A stretch of DNA of 36,236 bases, from contig JAZJZE010000021.1 in assembly GCA_040390065.1 (NCBI GenBank), positions 1 to 36,236 on the forward strand, in the 5' to 3' direction. The position numbers and the translations under genes were made by a program. Below are positions 33,372-36,236 of the stretch, one piece after another. Position 1 is the first letter of the stretch; every line of letters starts with the position of its first letter. Below the pieces are notes generated by a model, which had not been told where the DNA came from, made no database searches, and saw nothing but the letters and a program-made list of their open reading frames with translations. This stretch comes from a bacterium (GTDB lineage Archaea; Thermoplasmatota; E2; JACPAO01; JAHFTW01).

Positions 33372-36044
33372 ATGCGCTACCCAACCGTCCTGCTCCCTGT
33401 CCTGCTCATTGCCGCCACGCTCCTGCCGGCCGCGGCCTTCGCTGATGTTGACGGTGTTGTGGCCGCCTCGCCGACGACCATTGGCCAGGCCGTCATTGGC
33501 TTCCAGGATGGCGCAATGCCGCACCTGTCGGCCGGGGGCACGTTCCTCGGGATGCCGGTCCTCCAGGTCGTGCCGCAGACGCAATTCCTCGTCGTCCAGG
33601 CCCCCGACCTGGCGACCGTGCGGACCGCCGTGTCCGGGCTGACGACGATCGCCTACGTCGAGGACAACGGCCTCATGTCGGCCCTCGTGACGCCCAACGA
33701 CGCGCAGTACTCGAGTCAGTATGGGCCAGGGATGATGGGCTTCCCGACGGCGTGGGGCCAGGCAGGCTACGGCTCGTCGTCCACCATCGTGGCGCTCGTC
33801 GACTCTGGCATCCTGAAGACGCACCAGGACCTCACGGGCAGCCGCATGATGCAGGGCCACGACTACGTCAACAATGACAGCGACCCCAACGACGACTGCG
33901 GCCACGGCACACACACGAGCGGCACGGTCGGCGCCACCACGAACAACGGCCTGGGCGTCGCCGGCATGAGCCAGGCGCGCATCTTGCACATGAAAGCCCT
34001 GGCGGCCACGGGCGGCATCCTGTCCGTCCAGTGCTCGGGCAGCAACTCCAACATCGCCCAGGCCATCATCGATGCAACGGACCAGGGGGCGAAGGTCATC
34101 TCGATGTCCATCGGCGGCCCGAGCTCCGATAGCACGACCTTGAATGCCGTCAACTACGCCTGGAACCACGGCGTCACCTTGGTCGCGGCCGCCGGCAACG
34201 ACGGCGCCGCCAACTCGGTCGAGTATCCCGGGGCGTATCCGAACGTCATCGCGGTGTCGGCCCTTGACTCCAACAAGGTGCTTGCCTCCTATTCCAGCTA
34301 CGGCCCGCAGGTCTCGATTGCGGGCCCCGGCACCAACGTCCTCTCGACGTACAACGACGGCGGCTACTCCACGCTCAGCGGGACGAGCATGGCCACGCCG
34401 CACGTCGCCGGTGCCCTCGCCCTGGCCCTGTCATGCGCTCCGTCGACGACGAACGCGGCACTTCGCACGGCCCTGCAGAACACCGCCGAGGATTTGGGCC
34501 CCGCGGGCAAGGACAACCAGTACGGCTATGGGCTGGCACGCGCCGACCTCCTGGTGGCAAACCTGTGCACGGGCGGCGGCGCCACGAACCACGCGCCGAC
34601 TGCTTCCTTCTCCTACTCGACGGCGGCCCTCGCGGTCAGCGTCGACGGCACCGGTTCGACGGACTCCGACGGCGACGCCCTGACCTACGCCTGGACCTTC
34701 GGCGACGGCGCGGCGGCGACGGGGGCGACGGCCAGCCACACGTACGCGAGTGCCGGAAGCTACTCGGTCACGCTGACGGTGAGCGACGGCAAGGGGGGCA
34801 CGAATGCGGTGAGCCAGTCGGTGACGGTCACGGCCTCAGGGGACCCGGACCCCGCGACGCCGAACATGCAAAGCGGCGTGGCCCAATCCTATTCCCTGTC
34901 CAGCGGCCAATGGGTGTATCGCAAGATCCAGGTGCCCGCCGGTGCCACGAACCTGGGCGTCAGCATGACGGGACCGGGTTGCACGCTGACCTGCAGTTTC
35001 GACGCCGACTTGTACGTCCGGCAAGGCGCACGCCCGACCTCTGCGACGTACGATTGCAGGCCCTACCAGAGTGGCAACGCGGAATCGTGCAGCTTCACGA
35101 ACCCCGCCGCCGCCTGGTGGTACGTGGGCGTCTACGCCTACTCCGGCTCGGGCACCGTCACCGTCACGGCGACCGTCACCGCGCCGGCTGCCAATCAGCC
35201 GCCGACCGCGAGTTTCAGCCACACCCAATCCGGTCTCACGACCAGCGTGAGCGGTGCGGGCAGCAGCGATCCAAACGGTGACGCGCTCACGTACGCCTGG
35301 ACCTTCGGGGACGGCGGTACGGCCACGGGCGTCACTGCAAGCCATACCTACGCGGCCGCGGGGACGTACACCGTCACCTTGACGGTCAACGACGGCAACG
35401 GGGGATCGAACGCCCAGAGCCAGGCCGTCACCGTGGCCCCGGCGGCAAACCAGAACCCCACGGCAAGCTTCACGCACAGCGAATCCAGCCTGACGACGTC
35501 GGTCAACGGTGGAGGCAGCAGCGACCCTGACGGCGACGCGCTGAGCTATGGCTGGTCGTTCGGGGACGGTGCGTCAGGCACGGGCGTGACCACCAGTCAT
35601 GCCTACGCGAGCGCGGGGACGTACACGGTCACGCTGACGGTCAGCGACGGCCACGGCGGCAGCGCGACGGCATCGCAATCCGTCGCCGTCACGACGGACC
35701 CGGACCCTGGAGCGCCGACCCTGACGAGCGGCCAATCCCAGAGCGTGCCGCTGTCGGCCGCAGGGGACAACAAGTTCTACAAGATCCAAGTGCCGGCCGG
35801 AAAGACGCAGTTGCAGGTCGTCATGACCGGTCCGAGTTGTGGCCTGCTCAGCTGCAGCTTGGACGCCGACTTGTATGTCAAGGCGGGAAGTCGCCCCACG
35901 GACACGTCCTACGACTGCCGGCCGTACACGCAGGGGAACGCCGAGACCTGCACCATGGCCAACCCTGGCGCGGGCTGGTGGTACATACGCGTCTACGACT
36001 ACTCGGGATCCGGAACGGTCACCATCACGGCAACGGCGAGCTAA
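33372..36044 (+). CDS. Secreted S8 subtilisin-like serine protease with a PKD-PPC-PKD-PKD-PPC tail
   Basis: Catalytic motifs VDSG, HGTHTSG and GTSMATP, plus AAAGN. Three PKD modules (YAWTFGDG-type) and two PPC modules (DADLYV...YDCRPY..GNAE.C). Confidence 0.96.
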   Translation: MRYPTVLLPVLLIAATLLPAAAFADVDGVVAASPTTIGQAVIGFQDGAMPHLSAGGTFLGMPVLQVVPQTQFLVVQAPDLATVRTAVSGLTTIAYVEDNGLMSALVTPNDAQYSSQYGPGMMGFPTAWGQAGYGSSSTIVALVDSGILKTHQDLTGSRMMQGHDYVNNDSDPNDDCGHGTHTSGTVGATTNNGLGVAGMSQARILHMKALAATGGILSVQCSGSNSNIAQAIIDATDQGAKVISMSIGGPSSDSTTLNAVNYAWNHGVTLVAAAGNDGAANSVEYPGAYPNVIAVSALDSNKVLASYSSYGPQVSIAGPGTNVLSTYNDGGYSTLSGTSMATPHVAGALALALSCAPSTTNAALRTALQNTAEDLGPAGKDNQYGYGLARADLLVANLCTGGGATNHAPTASFSYSTAALAVSVDGTGSTDSDGDALTYAWTFGDGAAATGATASHTYASAGSYSVTLTVSDGKGGTNAVSQSVTVTASGDPDPATPNMQSGVAQSYSLSSGQWVYRKIQVPAGATNLGVSMTGPGCTLTCSFDADLYVRQGARPTSATYDCRPYQSGNAESCSFTNPAAAWWYVGVYAYSGSGTVTVTATVTAPAANQPPTASFSHTQSGLTTSVSGAGSSDPNGDALTYAWTFGDGGTATGVTASHTYAAAGTYTVTLTVNDGNGGSNAQSQAVTVAPAANQNPTASFTHSESSLTTSVNGGGSSDPDGDALSYGWSFGDGASGTGVTTSHAYASAGTYTVTLTVSDGHGGSATASQSVAVTTDPDPGAPTLTSGQSQSVPLSAAGDNKFYKIQVPAGKTQLQVVMTGPSCGLLSCSLDADLYVKAGSRPTDTSYDCRPYTQGNAETCTMANPGAGWWYIRVYDYSGSGTVTITATAS

Positions 36045-36085
36045 CGTCGGACGCAGCGGTGCCTTGGCGCCGCGCTGCCGTTGCC

Positions 36086-36236
36086 TAGAGGTCATTGCAT
36101 AACTTCCAGGGTGGCCTGCGTCGTTTTCCGGGCTTCGCAGTCCTGGCGGCGCTGGCCGCCGGCGGGCCGGCAGCCCGCCAAGGCCGGCGCCGCCAAGAAT
36201 GTGTGGCCGGAAAACGACCCGCAAGGGCGCGCCGCT
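36086..36236. mobile_element. Second, longer copy of the MITE-like element; truncated by the window end
   Basis: 36086-36120 matches 19058-19092 at 33/35 positions, and 36213-36236 is identical to 19103-19126. Confidence 0.78.

Overview
This is a high-GC archaeal chromosome segment, most likely Thermoplasmatota-like. That placement is an inference from the exosome rrp4/41/42, proteasome alpha, L37ae, RpoP, Pcc1, RpoE'/Spt4, Tsr3 and geranylgeranyl reductase genes combined with very high GC. The conserved backbone is tuf (partial), psmA-SBDS-rrp4-rrp41-rrp42 ... rpl37ae-rpoP-pcc1, rpoE1-spt4-DUF359, tsr3-GGR, lemA and pth2. It is repeatedly interrupted by surface-protein genes, including 11 predicted lipoproteins. 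These comprise two Asp-box beta-propeller paralogues, four PKD-stalk proteins with different head domains, two paralogues ending DPYKLY[Y/F] directly upstream of a lipidated type-C two-domain multicopper oxidase, and two lipoproteins in compositionally atypical 'secreted Cys-rich protein + lipoprotein' cassettes. A PKD/PPC subtilase lies near the end. Two unannotated dispersed repeat families are visible: an ungapped 93-bp element in three copies, and a TA-flanked ~190-bp MITE-like element whose ends supply the stop codons of two convergent genes. I found no rRNA, tRNA, CRISPR array or transposase. Start codons were re-picked by eye from the ORF track, and family names come from motif recognition, not database searches.
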